A stretch of DNA of 64,000 bases from NCBI GenBank assembly GCA_964016885.1, contig OZ024740.1, positions 390,104,001 to 390,168,000 on the forward strand, given 5' to 3'. The notes under the pieces are model-generated. The model was not told where the DNA came from, searched no databases, and saw nothing but the letters and a program-made list of their open reading frames with translations. Below, piece after piece: positions 42,170 to 57,600 of this stretch; position 1 is the first letter of the stretch, and every line of letters starts with the position of its first letter. Made by a program: the position numbers and the translations under genes. Source of the DNA: Eledone cirrhosa (taxonomy: Eukaryota).

Positions 42170-44959
42170 CCATCATAAACTGCGAGCAGGGTACAAATTG
42201 TTGTCCTTAAATGCTCGCAGTTTATGCAACAAGATACATCTGTTTGAATCCTACGTCAGAAGCATCGACCCTGACTTCATCACAGTCACAGAAACATGGG
42301 CACATTCCTTACTCTGTGATGGGGTTTTCAGCATTACTGGGTACAACCTTTTTCGCAAGGACCGCATTAATCGCCGTGGTGGTGGTGTGATGGTCTACGT
42401 TCGTTCAAACTTTTCGGTAATTCCTTGCGTTGATTTGAACGAATCACAGGAAGAAGTTTTTTTCTGTGACATACGTATGACCATGTCAACACTTCTGCTT
42501 GGTGTTGTTTATCGCCCCCCCAAACTACCATCAGGACACACAGCTTTGCGATATCCTCAGAGTTGCTGCCAAGAAAACAGCCACTTATGTGTTTATTGCA
42601 GGTGACTTCAATCATCCTGAGATCGATTGGGAAACCTTTCGTTGGTCACAAGGTGCAAACGATTTCCTTGAACTAGTGCTGGACTCAAACTGGTCACAAG
42701 TAGTCACCTCTCCAACAAGAGGTGACAACACTTTGGACCTGATCTTCACCACTACTCCTGAAGTGGTTATCAGTTGTACTACTGAGGAACCTCTAGGCGA
42801 CTCTGATCATGCTATGATCATTGCAAATCTGGCACTTGAGGGCAGCAACAAAAACCAGAGCCATCTCCAATCTGCTTGCTTTGATTGGAAGAGGGCGGAT
42901 TGGAACTTGTACTGCACTGAGCTACAGCGCCCAAACTGGCATGAGATGTATAACTCTGGAGATGTGAACACTATACTCCAGAGCATCCTGGCCTCAATAT
43001 GGATAGTGTGTGCAGCATCGGTGCCACGTAAGCGGAAAAATAACCACCCCAAAAGTGCAATTTGGGAAACTTCAGCGGTCCGACTTGCCAGGAAAGAACG
43101 TCGGAATGCTGAACGGGAATATAAACTGCATAAATCAGATGCCAACAGAAAAAAGCGGAATAAATCTTCTAACCATCTCAAGCAAGTGACAAAGAAAGCA
43201 GTGCTTGAATTTGAACAGTGCATAGCAACCAATCCTGACAGTAAGGTGTTCTGGAAATATGTTCATTCAAAGCAGAGACCTCACTCTCCAGTTGGTCCTC
43301 TTCGCAATCCCCACACAAGCCAGATCACTGACGATCCCAAAGAATGCGCAGAACTCATTGCTGAGTGCTATGCAAGTATTTTTACTGTTGAAAACCAGAA
43401 TGTACCATCTCCACCATCTCTAACATCAAATTCCATAACAACTATGGAATTTACACCTGCAATGTTGCGACATCACCTTAAGAATAAGGGCAACTATGCC
43501 TCCCCTGGTCTTGATGGTGTGACATACCTGCTTCTCAAACGTGGCGGGTATTTCCTTTTGCGCCAGCTTTCTTTCTTCTTTCAATACTGTCTCAACAATG
43601 GTGCTACTCCGGAGCAGTGGAAAACTGCCAGTGTCATTCCCCTGTTCAAAAAGGGCAACCGCATGTCACCTGTCAACTATCGTCCAGTCAGTCTTACTAG
43701 CTGTATTGCCAAACTGATGGAATCCTGTGTCAGAGAAACACTTTGGAACTTCTGGAGCTCTCACAGCCTCATCCGGCCCTCACAGTTTGGATTTATCCCT
43801 AACTCCAGCTGCTGTGATCAGCTTATCGGGTTCCTTGAAGACATCACCCGGATCACTGACAGCGGCTCATGGGTGGATGTTGTTTACCTTGACTTCGCTA
43901 AGGCTTTTAATTCTGTGCCACACAAAAGACTTATGGCAAAACTCTCTGCAATGGGTGTGAGGGATGATCTTTTCGACTGGTTGAAATCCTTCATTCTCAG
44001 CCGAAAAGAAGTAGTCACGGTTCTAGGACAGCATTCTTCACCATATGAGATGTCATCTGGTGTACCACAGGGATCTGTTCTTGGTCCCCTTTTGTTTGTG
44101 GCTTATATTAATGACATAGATGCCAACTTACAGAATGCCACGGTACTGAAATATGCAGATGACATCAAGCTGTACTTTGAAATCAAAAGGACTGATCTTG
44201 AAATTTACAACTCTTTCCTACAATCAGACCTGGACACAATGCAGCAATGGATCACAGACTGGCAACTGAAGCTGGTTGTGGACAAGTGTACCACCATGCA
44301 TTTTGGAAGGAAAAATCCAGCGTCCACATACTCCCTCCACAACACTGATATCAAGAAGTCCTCTTGTGAACGTGACCTGGGCATTACTGTCAGCAGCGAT
44401 TTGCGTTGGACAAAGCATGTCTCTAAGATTGTCAAGAAGGCCGAGGGTGTCTTGGCATCACTCAGCAAGACCTTTGTTAGCCGCTCTCCAGCCATCTATT
44501 TAAAACTGTATACAGCTATGGTACAACCACACTTGGAATTCAGATCATCAGTCTGGAACCCTTATCTTGCTCAGAACATTGACCTCCTGGAAACTGTTCA
44601 GAGACGTGCAACCAAGCGCATACCCTCCATCAGACACCTACCATACTCTGAACGCCTTGCTTCCCTGGGCATGGATTCATTGAAGCTCCGACGTTTGGCA
44701 TGGTCTTGGTGAATACCCACAAAGTTATTAACCATCTCGCCAATTGCAACCCTGATCACCTTTTGATCTTGTGTCTAACACGCGTGGACATGCCTACAAA
44801 ATCAGAAAACAGCACAGCTCCCATGACTTTCGTAGACATTTTTTCACACTCAGAGTTGCTAAAGCATGGAACAAACTGCCTGCGTCAGTTGTTAGCTGCC
44901 GAGACACTGCATCCTTTAAGACACTCATGCTTCCCGAAATACGCCAAAACTACACCTGA
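42170..44959 (+). pseudogene. CR1 ORF2 (endonuclease + reverse transcriptase), frameshifted
   Basis: Split over track ORFs 41976-42605, 42499-44712 and 44771-44959. Confidence 0.85.
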
Positions 44960-44989
44960 TGTACCCCTTCCATACACATGCACACGTGT

Positions 44990-45240
44990 GTATCATGACT
45001 CGTGCACTGTTCATTTTACTGATGTTTGTGCATTGCCCTATGTACTGTACATGCACTTTTTGATGAGTTGTGGTGCACCTGGGCACTGTACACAATATTT
45101 CATTATTATTATTATTATTATATCATGACTCGTACACTGTTCATTTTCCTGACATTTGTACATTATTCTATGTACTATACATGCACCTTTGATGAGTTGT
45201 AGTGCACCTGAGCACTGTACACAATAATTTCATTATTATT
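44990..45240 (+). repeat. Tandem duplication of the CR1 3' terminal ~130 bp (stem-loop plus (ATT)n)
   Basis: TATCATGACTCGT...GTGCACCTG(G/A)GCACTGTACACAAT...CATTATTATT occurs twice. Confidence 0.88.
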
Positions 45241-45921
45241 AAACTTAAGTAAATCCCACTAAATTCTTCATTAATTGATTGAAATAATATAATTCATTAG
45301 AAATATGACCATGAGATGTTTAAAATTGTTGAATGCAAGTTGGCAGTGACTGAGTATATATGCTCATTCTTTTCCTGATTTTTGTCATTGGATTGTGACC
45401 ATGCTGGTGCATTGCCTTGAAGGGTTTTAGTTGATCACATCAACCACAACACTTATTTTATTGAACTCTACAATATACAAGAACAATTCAATGGACTGAT
45501 CAATTGGCAGTTATTAAAACATCAAATAGAATGCTTTGGTATTTGTTCTGGTTCTCTGCACTCTTTCAAAGTCTCTCAAGGTCAACTTTGCCATTTAACT
45601 TTTTGAGATTAATAAAAAAAAAATGTGCTAGTTCATTACTAGGGTCAATACTCCTTCTTTATCTCTTTCTCACTTCATCTCTATCACTATCTCCCCTTCT
45701 CTGGAACAAATAGGCTGTATTAAGACTTGGAGAGGGATGTGCTGTGCAGGCTTTGACATGTCCAAGAAATAGTGTATGCCACTATGGTGCTCCTACAGTT
45801 GCAGCAGGACTTATGGGTCAGTCCATCCACACTTACGTTTACACATACATATAAAATTGTTTTATCATGGGGTAATCAACAATAGTATAAAAAATTATAA
45901 CTCATTTATTTTCATCTGCAG

Positions 45922-46251
45922 GAATCAAGGATCTAAGTATGATCAACTCTACAACAACATTGGCAGATCTTGGACTAGATTCACTGATGGGAGTGGAGAT
46001 TAAACAACTATTAGAGAGAGATTATGATCTTAACTTATCTACACGAGAAATTCGCCAGTTGACAATCAAAAAGATCCAAGAAATTAGTGGCTGTGGTTCC
46101 AAGTCACCGTCACCATCATTCCAACAAACTGCTGTTAGCAATGGCATTACTCGTTACAACCTTAACCAGATCATTCCTTTAGAAAATCTCATTTTACTAA
46201 ATTCTGTCAAAACTAATGAACAACCTTTCTTCATTGTTCATCCTCTTGAAG
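45922..46251 (+). CDS. FASN: Fatty acid synthase exon (acyl carrier protein and thioesterase start)
   Basis: ctgcag|GAATC...GAAG|gttagt. LADLGLDSLMGVEIKQ carries the phosphopantetheine Ser; PFFIVHPLEG. Confidence 0.95.
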
Positions 46252-46869
46252 GTTAGTAAAGCAAATTTCTGCATTTACTTTCTCAATCTGCTTTCCAATG
46301 TTAAATATGTTGATTTAATCCCTTTGTTACTGTATTTCAAACTAAATATTTGAATTAATTCTAAAATTATGTTGAATTTAGACAAGTGTTTAAAACAACT
46401 ATATATATTTTTATCAATAAATCAAAGTGGGGTTTGGAACTCAAATTTGTGATGGAATTCTTGTTTCAAAACTGCTCTAAAATTAACAAAATTTAAAGTT
46501 ATCTAAATTTTGTTTAAACATTATAAAATGTTATTAGCCAACATTCAGCCAGGATGAGTAACAGAATTATATAGGATTTGAAAAAACAATTGTGTACACT
46601 GTTAGATTTTCTATTGAACTTAGATGCCTATAAAATATCATTATCATCATTTAATATCTGTTCTCCCTGATAGCAAGAGTTGGCTGGGTCAACATGGATC
46701 AAATCAGTACTTAATCTGTCACTGACTTCTCAAATGGGCTGGTGAGGCTGCATCTCACACTTGTGCATTTTCATGGCACCAGTACTAGGGAAGTTATCAT
46801 GTCTGACACAACTAAAGTGTCTTCTCGATCCTTTGTTAGGTAAATACATGTAGGTCAAATAACAAAATA

Positions 46870-46938
46870 CAGTGAAACCTCAGTTCACAAACTTTATTTG
46901 TTCCCGATGAGAAACGTTCGTGAACCAAAGTTCCACTG
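46870..46938. mobile_element. Tiny Tc1/mariner (pogo/Tigger-like) MITE remnant
   Basis: TA|CAGTGAAACCTCAGTTCACAAAC ... GTTCGTGAACCAAAGTTCCACTG|TA. Confidence 0.65.
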
Positions 46939-47481
46939 TATTATGATTTGTGTTTGAAGAAAACGACAAAATGAAATAAATCTTATATAAATTCAAATTA
47001 TAAAAATTGGAAACATTCCATCCTCGTTACCTCAGCCACAGACATGGACACTGCTGTCTATAATTCAGAAGAACAGAAGATAACAAAATATCCGGATTTG
47101 ACTACTTCCCTTTTGTGCAAATTGTCATTGAGACATCCTGTGTCATTGGTCCACAGACTGCTGTTGTCTCGACAGTTACTTGAAGACAGAGCCCCTTTAG
47201 GTGAAATGGTTGATGTAGTGGATGTCACTGGCTGTTCTCCAATGCAATGCTTTTGCCATGTGCAGTTTCTCCCCTCCCGTCCCCCCTATTGGGGCATTCC
47301 TCCCCAGTGTTATTTCATGATAAAATGTACCCAGTACATTCTGTAAAGTGGTTAACACTAGAAAAGGCATTCAGCTGTAGACTAAAATGCAAAACTAAAA
47401 TGTACATGAGTTATGTAAATCCTCACTGTCTATTGGTGGCCAATAAAATATATTATAGTTAAAATAAAGTTAATTTATTTT

Positions 47482-47600
47482 GGTGCAGGCATGGTTAGGT
47501 GGTTAAGAAGTTCGTTTCAGAACCATGTTATTTCACTAAGTCTCATTGTTTAAAGCACCCGGAGCAAGTGTCTTCTATATAATATAGTTCCTGGTCGATA
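47482..47600 (+). mobile_element. Degenerate tRNA-derived SINE head (related relics at ~32570-32660 and ~33460-33560)
   Basis: GGCATGG..TGGTTAAGAAGTT(C/T)G...AACCA.G...GCAAGTGTCTTCTA pattern shared by the three sites. Confidence 0.45.
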
Positions 47601-47751
47601 AACTGCTTTGTAAGAAAATTGATAATGTCTAAAGGGAGACAACTTGAATTTTTGTGCCAAAGCTAACTAGTTTAATTTGGAATAGTAAGATAAAATACAC
47701 GGGAAATAATCATTGTCATTTAAAAAATGTTTTTATTTTATTCTCCTACAG

Positions 47752-47870
47752 GTTCTGCTCATTGTCTTAAGCTTCTTGCATCATATATTAAAATTCCTGT
47801 GTATGGTCTTCAGTGCACTGAAAAAACACCGCGAGATTCTATTGAATCATTAGCATCTTATTATCTACAG
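47752..47870 (+). CDS. FASN: Fatty acid synthase exon (thioesterase)
   Basis: ctacag|GTTCT...CTACAG|gtaaat. IPVYGLQCT, DSIESLASYY. Splice phases are consistent across all eight exons. Confidence 0.93.
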
Positions 47871-48616
47871 GTAAATTTTATAAAGTTTCTTTTAGTATTT
47901 GCAAAGTTGGGAAATAAGTAACGATTTTTATCAGATTCATATAAATAAAATTGTTAATGTTAAGAACTAATTACTTTAAATTGTCATTTACTCTATATGG
48001 CTTGGCATTTATAGTTTGCAATTGAATTGAAAAATCTTTTGACATTTGAAATCTACTTTTGATTTTATCCCTCTGCTTATAGCATGAATACATAATAATG
48101 AATTTGATCCAATTATAAAGCTGACAAGGGGTAGGAGTGGTCTCAGTTGGCGGTTCATACTTACAAGAATTCTATTAAAAGCATTTTACTGTAGAACACA
48201 ATTAGTTCAATGATATGTATCAGATATGTATAGAATGATAGTTAAAGTACATTATAGAATATATTTACAGATTTCTAACTAAACAGTTGTAAACAACACA
48301 TTGCCGTTAGATGCAATATCTTCATAGACAAAAACCAGGACTAACCAGAGCCAATTTCAGTATTCTAGAGAGATTTCATCAGTGACTGAACAACCTGTTT
48401 AACTGTTCAGAGACACTGATAATAAACTCACTATTAACTAAGAGGCTCAGTAAATTGAATAGAGCAAATTAGTAAGCCTTTAGTAATAGTGGATTTATAA
48501 GTAGTGACTTTGTGGTTACTTGATCACTATTACTAACATGTTATTGAAGCTAGTTCAGCTAATCTCTTTTTCTGTCAAGAAAAATATTGTATCTAAGGAC
48601 AAGATATTTGCAAGTA

Positions 48617-51600
48617 TCTATACAGTGTTGGTTAATGATCTATAGCATACAGTGTTGGCTAATGATCTATAGCATACAGTGTTGGTTAATGATCTATAGC
48701 ATACAGTGTTGGTTAATGATCTATAGCATACAGTGTTGGTTAATGATCTATAGCATACAGTGTTGGTTAATGATCTATAGCATACAGTGTTGGTTAATGA
48801 TCTATAGCATACAGTGTTGGTTAATGATCTATAGCATACAGTGTTGGTTAATGATCTATAGCATACAGTGTTGGTTAATGATCTTTAGCATACAGTGTTG
48901 GCTAATGATCTATAGCATACAGTGTTGGTTAATGATCTATAGCATACAGTGTTGGCTAATGATCTATAGCATACAGTGTTGGTTAATGATCTATAGCACA
49001 CAGTGTTGGTTAATGATCTATAGCACACAGTGTTGGTTAATGATCTATAGCACACAGTGTTGGTTAATGATCTATAGCATACACTGTTGGCTAATGATCT
49101 ATAGCATACAGTGTTGGTTAATGATCTATAGCACACAGTGTTGTTTAATGATCTATAGCATACAGTGTTGGCTAATGATCTATAGCATACAGTGTTGGTT
49201 AATGATCTATAGCATACAGTGTTGGTTAATGATCTATAGCATACAGTGTTGGCTAATGATCTATAGCATACAGTGTTGGTTAATGATCTATAGCATACAG
49301 TGTTGGTTAATGATCTATAGCATACAGTGTTGGTTAATGATCTATAACACACAGTGTTGGCTAATGATCTATAGCATACAGTGTTGGCTAATGATCTATA
49401 GCATACAGTGTTGGTTAATGATCTATAGCATACAGTGTTGGTTAATGATCTATAACACAGTGTTGGCTAATGATCTATATAGCACACAGTGTTGGTTAAT
49501 GATCTATAGCACACAGTGTTGGTTAATGATCTATAGCACACAGTGTTGGTTAATGATCTATAGCACACAGTGTTGGTTAATGATCTATAGCACACAGTGT
49601 TGGCTAATGATCTATAGCATACAGTGTTGGTTAATGATCTATAGCATACAGTGTTGGTTAATGATCTATAGCACACAGTGTTGGTTAATGATCTATAGCA
49701 TACAGTGTTGGTTAATGATCTATAGCATACAGTGTTGGTTAATGATCCATAGCATACAGTGTTGGTTAATGATCTATAGCATACAGTGTTGGCTAATGAT
49801 CTATAGCATACAGTGTTGGCTAATGATCTATAGCATACAGTGTTGGTTAATGATCTATAGCATACAGTGTTGGTTAATGATCTATAGCATACAGTGTTGG
49901 TTAATGATCTATAGCACACAGTGTTGGTTAATGATCTATAACACACAGTGTTGGCTAATGATCTATAGCATACAGTGTTGGCTAATGATCTATAGCATAC
50001 AGTGTTGGTTAATGATCTATAGCATACAGTGTTGGTTAATGATCTATAGCATACAGTGTTGGTTAATGATCTATAGCACACAGTGTTGGTTAATGATCTA
50101 TAGCACACAGTGTTGGTTAATGATCTATAACACACAGTGTTGGCTAATGATCTATAGCATACAGTGTTGGTTAATGATCTATAGCATACAGTGTTGGTTA
50201 ATGATCTATAGCATACAGTGTTGGCTAATGATCTATAGCATACAGTCTTGGTTAATGATCTATAGCATACAGTGTTGGCTAATGATCTATAGCATACAGT
50301 GTTGGTTAATGATCTATAGCATACAGTGTTGGTTAATGATCTATAGCATACAGTGTTGGTTAATGATCTATAGCATACAGTGTTGGTTAATGATCTATAG
50401 CATACAGTGTTGGTTAATGATCTATAGCATACAGTGTTGGTTAATGATCTATAGCATACAGTGTTGGTTAATGATCTATAGCACACAGTGTTGGTTAATG
50501 ATTTATAGCATTCAGTGTTGGTTAATGATCTGTAGCATACAATGTTGGCTAATGATCTATAGCATACAGTGTTGGTTAATGATCTATAGCATACAGTGTT
50601 GGTTAATGATTTATGGCACACAGTGTTGGTTAATGATCTATAGCATACAATGTTGGTTAATGATCTATAGCATACAGTGTTGGTTAATGATTTATAGCAC
50701 ACAGTGTTGGTTAATGATCTATAGCATACAGTGTTGGTTAATGATCTATAGCATACAGTGTTGGTTAATGATCTATAGCATACAGTGTTGGTTAATGATC
50801 TATAGCATACAGTGTTGGTCAATGATCTATAGCATACAGTGTTGGCTAATGATCTATAGCATACAATGTTGGCTAATGATCTATAGCATACAGTGTTGGC
50901 TAATGATCTATAGCATACAGTGTTGGTTAATGATCTATAGCATACAGTGTTGGTTAATGATCTATAGCATACAGTGTTGGTTAATGATCTATAGCATACA
51001 GTGTTGGTTAATGATCTATAGCATACAGTGTTGGTCAATGATCTATAGCATACAGTGTTGGCTAATGATCTATAGCATACAATGTTGGCTAATGATCTAT
51101 AGCATACAGTGTTGGTTAATGATCTATAGCATACAGTGTTGGTTAATGATCTATAGCACACAGTGTTGGTTAATGATCTATAGCACACAGTGTTGGTTAA
51201 TGATCTATAACACACAGTGTTGGCTAATGATCTATAGCATACAGTGTTGGTTAATGATCTATAGCATACAGTGTTGGTTAATGATCTATAGCATACAGTG
51301 TTGGCTAATGATCTATAGCATACAGTCTTGGTTAATGATCTATAGCATACAGTGTTGGCTAATGATCTATAGCATACAGTGTTGGTTAATGATCTATAGC
51401 ATACAGTGTTGGTTAATGATCTATAGCATACAGTGTTGGTTAATGATCTATAGCATACAGTGTTGGTTAATGATCTATAGCATACAGTGTTGGTTAATGA
51501 TCTATAGCATACAGTGTTGGTTAATGATCTATAGCATACAGTGTTGGTTAATGATCTATAGCACACAGTGTTGGTTAATGATTTATAGCATTCAGTGTTG

Positions 51601-54600
51601 GTTAATGATCTGTAGCATACAATGTTGGCTAATGATCTATAGCATACAGTGTTGGTTAATGATCTATAGCATACAGTGTTGGTTAATGATTTATGGCACA
51701 CAGTGTTGGTTAATGATCTATAGCATACAATGTTGGTTAATGATCTATAGCATACAGTGTTGGTTAATGATTTATAGCACACAGTGTTGGTTAATGATCT
51801 ATAGCATACAGTGTCGGTTAATGATCTATAGCATACAGTGTTGGTTAATGATCTATAGCATACAGTGTTGGTTAATGATCTATAGCATACAGTGTTGGTT
51901 AATGATCTATAGCATACAGTGTTGGTCAATGATCTATAGCATACAGTGTTGGCTAATGATCTATAGCATACAATGTTGGCTAATGATCTATAGCATACAG
52001 TGTTGGCTAATGATCTATAGCATACAGTGTTGGTTAATGATCTATAGCATACAGTGTTGGTTAATGATCTATAGCATACAGTGTTGGTTAATGATCTATA
52101 GCATACAGTGTTGGTTAATGATCTATAGCATACAGTGTTGGTCAATGATCTATAGCATACAGTGTTGGCTAATGATCTATAGCATACAATGTTGGCTAAT
52201 GATCTATAGCATACAGTGTTGGCTAATGATCTATAGCATACAGTGTTGGTTAATGATCTATAGCATACAGTGTTGGCTAATGATCTATAGCATACAGTGT
52301 TGGTTAATGATCTATAGCATACAGTGTTGGTTAATGATCTATAGCACACAGTGTTGGTTAATGATCTATAGCACACAGTGTTGGTTAATGATCTATAGCA
52401 CACAGTGTTGGTTAATGATCTATAGCATACAGTGTTGGCTAATGATCTATAGCATACAGTGTTGGTTAATGATCTATAGCACACAGTGTTGGTTAATGAT
52501 CTATAGCATACAGTGTTGGTTAATGATCTATAGCATACAGTGTTGGTTAATGATCTATAGCATACAGTGTTGGTTAATGATCTATAGCATACAGTGTTGT
52601 TTAATGATCTATAGCATACAGTGTTGGTTAATGATCTATAGCATACAGTGTTGGTTAATGATCTATAGCATACAGTGTTGGCTAATGATCTATAGCATAC
52701 AGTTTTCGTTAATGATCTATAGCATACAGTCTTGGTTAATGATCTATAGCACACAGTGTTGGTTAATGATCTATAGCATACAGTGTTGGTTAATGATCTA
52801 TAGCACACAGTGTTGGTTAATGATCTATAGCACACAGTGTTGGTTAATGATCTATAGCATACAGTGTTGGTTAATGATCTATAGCATACAGTGTTGGTTA
52901 ATGATCTATAGCATACAGTGTTGGTTAATGATCTATAGCATACAGTGTTGGTTAATGATCTATAGCATACAGTGTTGGTTAATGATCTATAGCATACAGT
53001 GTTGGTTAATGATCTATAGCATACAGTCTTGGTTAATGATCTATAGCATACAGTCTTGGTTAATGATCTATAGCATACAGTGTTGGTTAATGATCTATAG
53101 CATACAGTGTTGGCTAATGATCTATAGCATACAGTGTTGGTTAATGATCTATAGCACACAGTGTTGGTTAATGATCTATAGCATACAGTGTTGGTTAATG
53201 ATCTATAGCATACAGTGTTGGTTAATGATCTATAGCATACAGTGTTGGTCAATGATCTATAGCACACAGTGTTGGCTAATGATCTATAGCATACAGTGTT
53301 GGTTAATGATCTATAGCATACAGTGTTGGTTAATGATCTATAGCACACACTGTTGGTTAATGATCTATAGCACACAGTGTTGGCTAATGATCTATAGCAT
53401 ACAGTGTTGGTTAACGATCTATAGCATACAGTGTTGGCTAATGATCTATAGCATACAGTGTTGGCTAATGATCTATAGCATACAGTGTTGGTTAATGATC
53501 TATAGCATACAGTGTTGGCTAATGATCTATAGCATACAATGTTGGCTAATGATCTATAGCATACAGTGTTGGCTAATGATCTATAGTATACAATGTTGGT
53601 TAATGATCTATAGCATACAGTGTTGGCTAATGATCTATAGCATACAGTGTTGGTTAATGATCTATAGCATACAGTGTTGGTTAATGATCTATAGCATACA
53701 GTGTTGGTTAATGATCTATAGCATACAGTGTTGGTTAATGATCTATAGCATACAGTGTTGGCTAATGATCTATAGCATACAGTGTTGGTTAATGATCTTT
53801 AGCATACAGTGTTGGTTAATGATCTATAGCATACAGTGTTGGTTAATGATCTATAGCATACAGTGTTGGTTAATGATCTATAGCATACAGTGTTGGCTAA
53901 TGATCTATAGCATACAGTGTTGGTTAATGTTCTATAGCATACAGTGTTGGTTAATGATCTATAGCATACAGTGTTGGTTAATGATCTATAGCATACAGTG
54001 TTGGTTAATGATCTATAGCATACAGTGTTGGTTAATGATCTATAGCACACAGTGTTGGTTAATGATCTATAGCACACAGTGTTGGTTAATGATCTATAGC
54101 ACACAGTGTTGGTTAATGATCTATAGCATACAGTGTTGGTTAATGATCTATAGCACACAGTGTTGGTTAATGATCTATAGCATACAGTGTTGGTTAATGA
54201 TCTATAGCACACAGTGTTGGTTAATGATCTATAGCACACAGTGTTGGTTAATGATCTATAGCACACAGTGTTGGTTAATGATCTATAGCACACAGTGTTG
54301 GTTAATGATCTATAGCATACAGTGTTGGTTAATGATCTATAGCATACAGTGTTGGCTAATGATCTATAGCATACAGTGTTGGTTAATGATCTATAGCATA
54401 CAGTGTTGGTTAATGATCTATAGCACACAGTGTTGGTTAATGATCTATAGCATACAGTGTTGGTTAATGATCTATAGCATACAGTGTTGGCTCATGATCT
54501 ATAGCATACAGTGTTGGTTAATGATCTATAGCACACAGTGTTGGCTAATGATCTATAGCATACAGTGTTGGTTAATGATCTATAGCATACAGTGTTGGCT

Positions 54601-57600
54601 AATGATCTATAGCATACAGTGTTGGCTAATGATCTATAGCATACAGTGTTGGCTAATGATCTATAGCATACAGTGTTGGTTAATGATCTATAGCATACAG
54701 TGTTGGTTAATGATCTATAGCATACAGTGTTGGTTAATGATCTATAGCATACAGTGTTGGTTAATGATCTATAGCATACAGTGTTGGCTAATCATCTATA
54801 GCATACAGTGTTGGCTAATCATCTATAGCATACAGTGTTGGTTAATGATCTATAGCATACAGTGTTGGTTAATGATCTATAGCATACAGTGTTGGTCAAT
54901 GATCTATAGCATACAGTTTTCGTTAATGATCTATAGCATACAGTCTTGGTTAATGATCTATAGCACACAGTGTTGGTTAATGATCTATAGCATACAGTGT
55001 TGGTTAATGATCTATAGCACACAGTGTTGGTTAATGATCTATAGCACACAGTGTTGGTTAATGATCTATAGCATACAGTGTTGGTTAATGATCTATAGCA
55101 TACAGTGTTGGTTAATGATCTATAGCATACAGTGTTGGTTAATGATCTATAGCATACAGTGTTGGTTAATGATCTATAGCATACAGTGTTGGTTAATGAT
55201 CTATAGCATACAGTGTTGGTTAATGATCTATAGCATACAGTCTTGGTTAATGATCTATAGCATACAGTCTTGGTTAATGATCTATAGCATACAGTGTTGG
55301 TTAATGATCTATAGCATACAGTGTTGGCTAATGATCTATAGCATACAGTGTTGGTTAATGATCTATAGCACACAGTGTTGGTTAATGATCTATAGCATAC
55401 AGTGTTGGTTAATGATCTATAGCATACAGTGTTGGTTAATGATCTATAGCATACAGTGTTGGTCAATGATCTATAGCACACAGTGTTGGCTAATGATCTA
55501 TAGCATACAGTGTTGGTTAATGATCTATAGCATACAGTGTTGGTTAATGATCTATAGCACACACTGTTGGTTAATGATCTATAGCACACAGTGTTGGCTA
55601 ATGATCTATAGCATACAGTGTTGGTTAACGATCTATAGCATACAGTGTTGGCTAATGATCTATAGCATACAGTGTTGGCTAATGATCTATAGCATACAGT
55701 GTTGGTTAATGATCTATAGCATACAGTGTTGGCTAATGATCTATAGCATACAATGTTGGCTAATGATCTATAGCATACAGTGTTGGCTAATGATCTATAG
55801 TATACAATGTTGGTTAATGATCTATAGCATACAGTGTTGGCTAATGATCTATAGCATACAGTGTTGGTTAATGATCTATAGCATACAGTGTTGGTTAATG
55901 ATCTATAGCATACAGTGTTGGTTAATGATCTATAGCATACAGTGTTGGTTAATGATCTATAGCATACAGTGTTGGCTAATGATCTATAGCATACAGTGTT
56001 GGTTAATGATCTTTAGCATACAGTGTTGGTTAATGATCTATAGCATACAGTGTTGGTTAATGATCTATAGCATACAGTGTTGGTTAATGATCTATAGCAT
56101 ACAGTGTTGGCTAATGATCTATAGCATACAGTGTTGGTTAATGTTCTATAGCATACAGTGTTGGTTAATGATCTATAGCATACAGTGTTGGTTAATGATC
56201 TATAGCATACAGTGTTGGTTAATGATCTATAGCATACAGTGTTGGTTAATGATCTATAGCACACAGTGTTGGTTAATGATCTATAGCACACAGTGTTGGT
56301 TAATGATCTATAGCACACAGTGTTGGTTAATGATCTATAGCATACAGTGTTGGTTAATGATCTATAGCACACAGTGTTGGTTAATGATCTATAGCATACA
56401 GTGTTGGTTAATGATCTATAGCACACAGTGTTGGTTAATGATCTATAGCACACAGTGTTGGTTAATGATCTATAGCACACAGTGTTGGTTAATGATCTAT
56501 AGCACACAGTGTTGGTTAATGATCTATAGCATACAGTGTTGGTTAATGATCTATAGCATACAGTGTTGGCTAATGATCTATAGCATACAGTGTTGGCTCA
56601 TGATCTATAGCATACAGTGTTGGTTAATGATCTATAGCACACAGTGTTGGCTAATGATCTATAGCATACAGTGTTGGTTAATGATCTATAGCATACAGTG
56701 TTGGCTAATGATCTATAGCATACAGTGTTGGCTAATGATCTATAGCATACAGTGTTGGCTAATGATCTATAGCATACAGTGTTGGTTAATGATCTATAGC
56801 ATACAGTGTTGGTTAATGATCTATAGCATACAGTGTTGGTTAATGATCTATAGCATACAGTGTTGGTTAATGATCTATAGCATACAGTGTTGGCTAATCA
56901 TCTATAGCATACAGTGTTGGCTAATCATCTATAGCATACAGTGTTGGTTAATGATCTATAGCATACAGTGTTGGTTAATGATCTATAGCATACAGTGTTG
57001 GTCAATGATCTATAGCATACAGTGTTGGTTAATGATCTATAGCATACAGTGTTGGCTAATGATCTATAGCATACAGTGTTGGTTAATGATCTATAGCATA
57101 CAGTGTTGGTTAATGATCTATAGCATACAGTGTTGGCTAATGATCTATAGCATACAGTGTTGGTTAATGATCTATAGCATACAGTGTTGGTTAATGATCT
57201 ATAGCATACAGTGTTGGTTAATGATCTATAGCATACAGTGTTGGTTAATGATCTATAGCATACAGTGTTGGCTAATGATCTATAGCATACAGTGTTGGTT
57301 AATGATCTATAGCATACAGTGTTGGTTAATGATCTATAGCATACAGTGTTGGTTAATGATCTATAGCATACAGTGTTGGTTAATGATCTATAGCATACAG
57401 TGTTGGTTAATGATCTATAGCATACAGTGTTGGTTAATGATCTATAGCATACAGTGTTGGTTAATGATCTATAGCATACAGTGTTGGTTAATGATCTATA
57501 GCATACAGTGTTGGTTAATGATCTATAGCATACAGTGTTGGTTAATGATCTATAGCATACAGTGTTGGTTAATGATCTATAGCACACAGTGTTGGCTAAT

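Larger units (their letters stand above)
40960..45240 (+). mobile_element. Near full-length decayed CR1-clade LINE (ORF1 with PHD-like finger; ORF2 APE + RT; (ATT)n tail)
   Basis: ORF1 remnants CHIC...WVECGTC...CFQC...FQCLAC. ORF2 has LNARSL, VTETW, RKDR...GGGV, YRPP, GDFN, TLDLIF, SDH, NYRPVSLTS, YLDFAKAF, GVPQGSVLGP, YADD, TRGH, WNKLP. Frameshifts near 42500 and 44700. The 5' boundary is approximate. Confidence 0.88.

Noticed and set aside
47044-47462. ORFs of 100 aa and 71 aa between FASN exons
   Set aside because: No FAS similarity, and the flanking exons already join in phase (HPLEG|SAHC).
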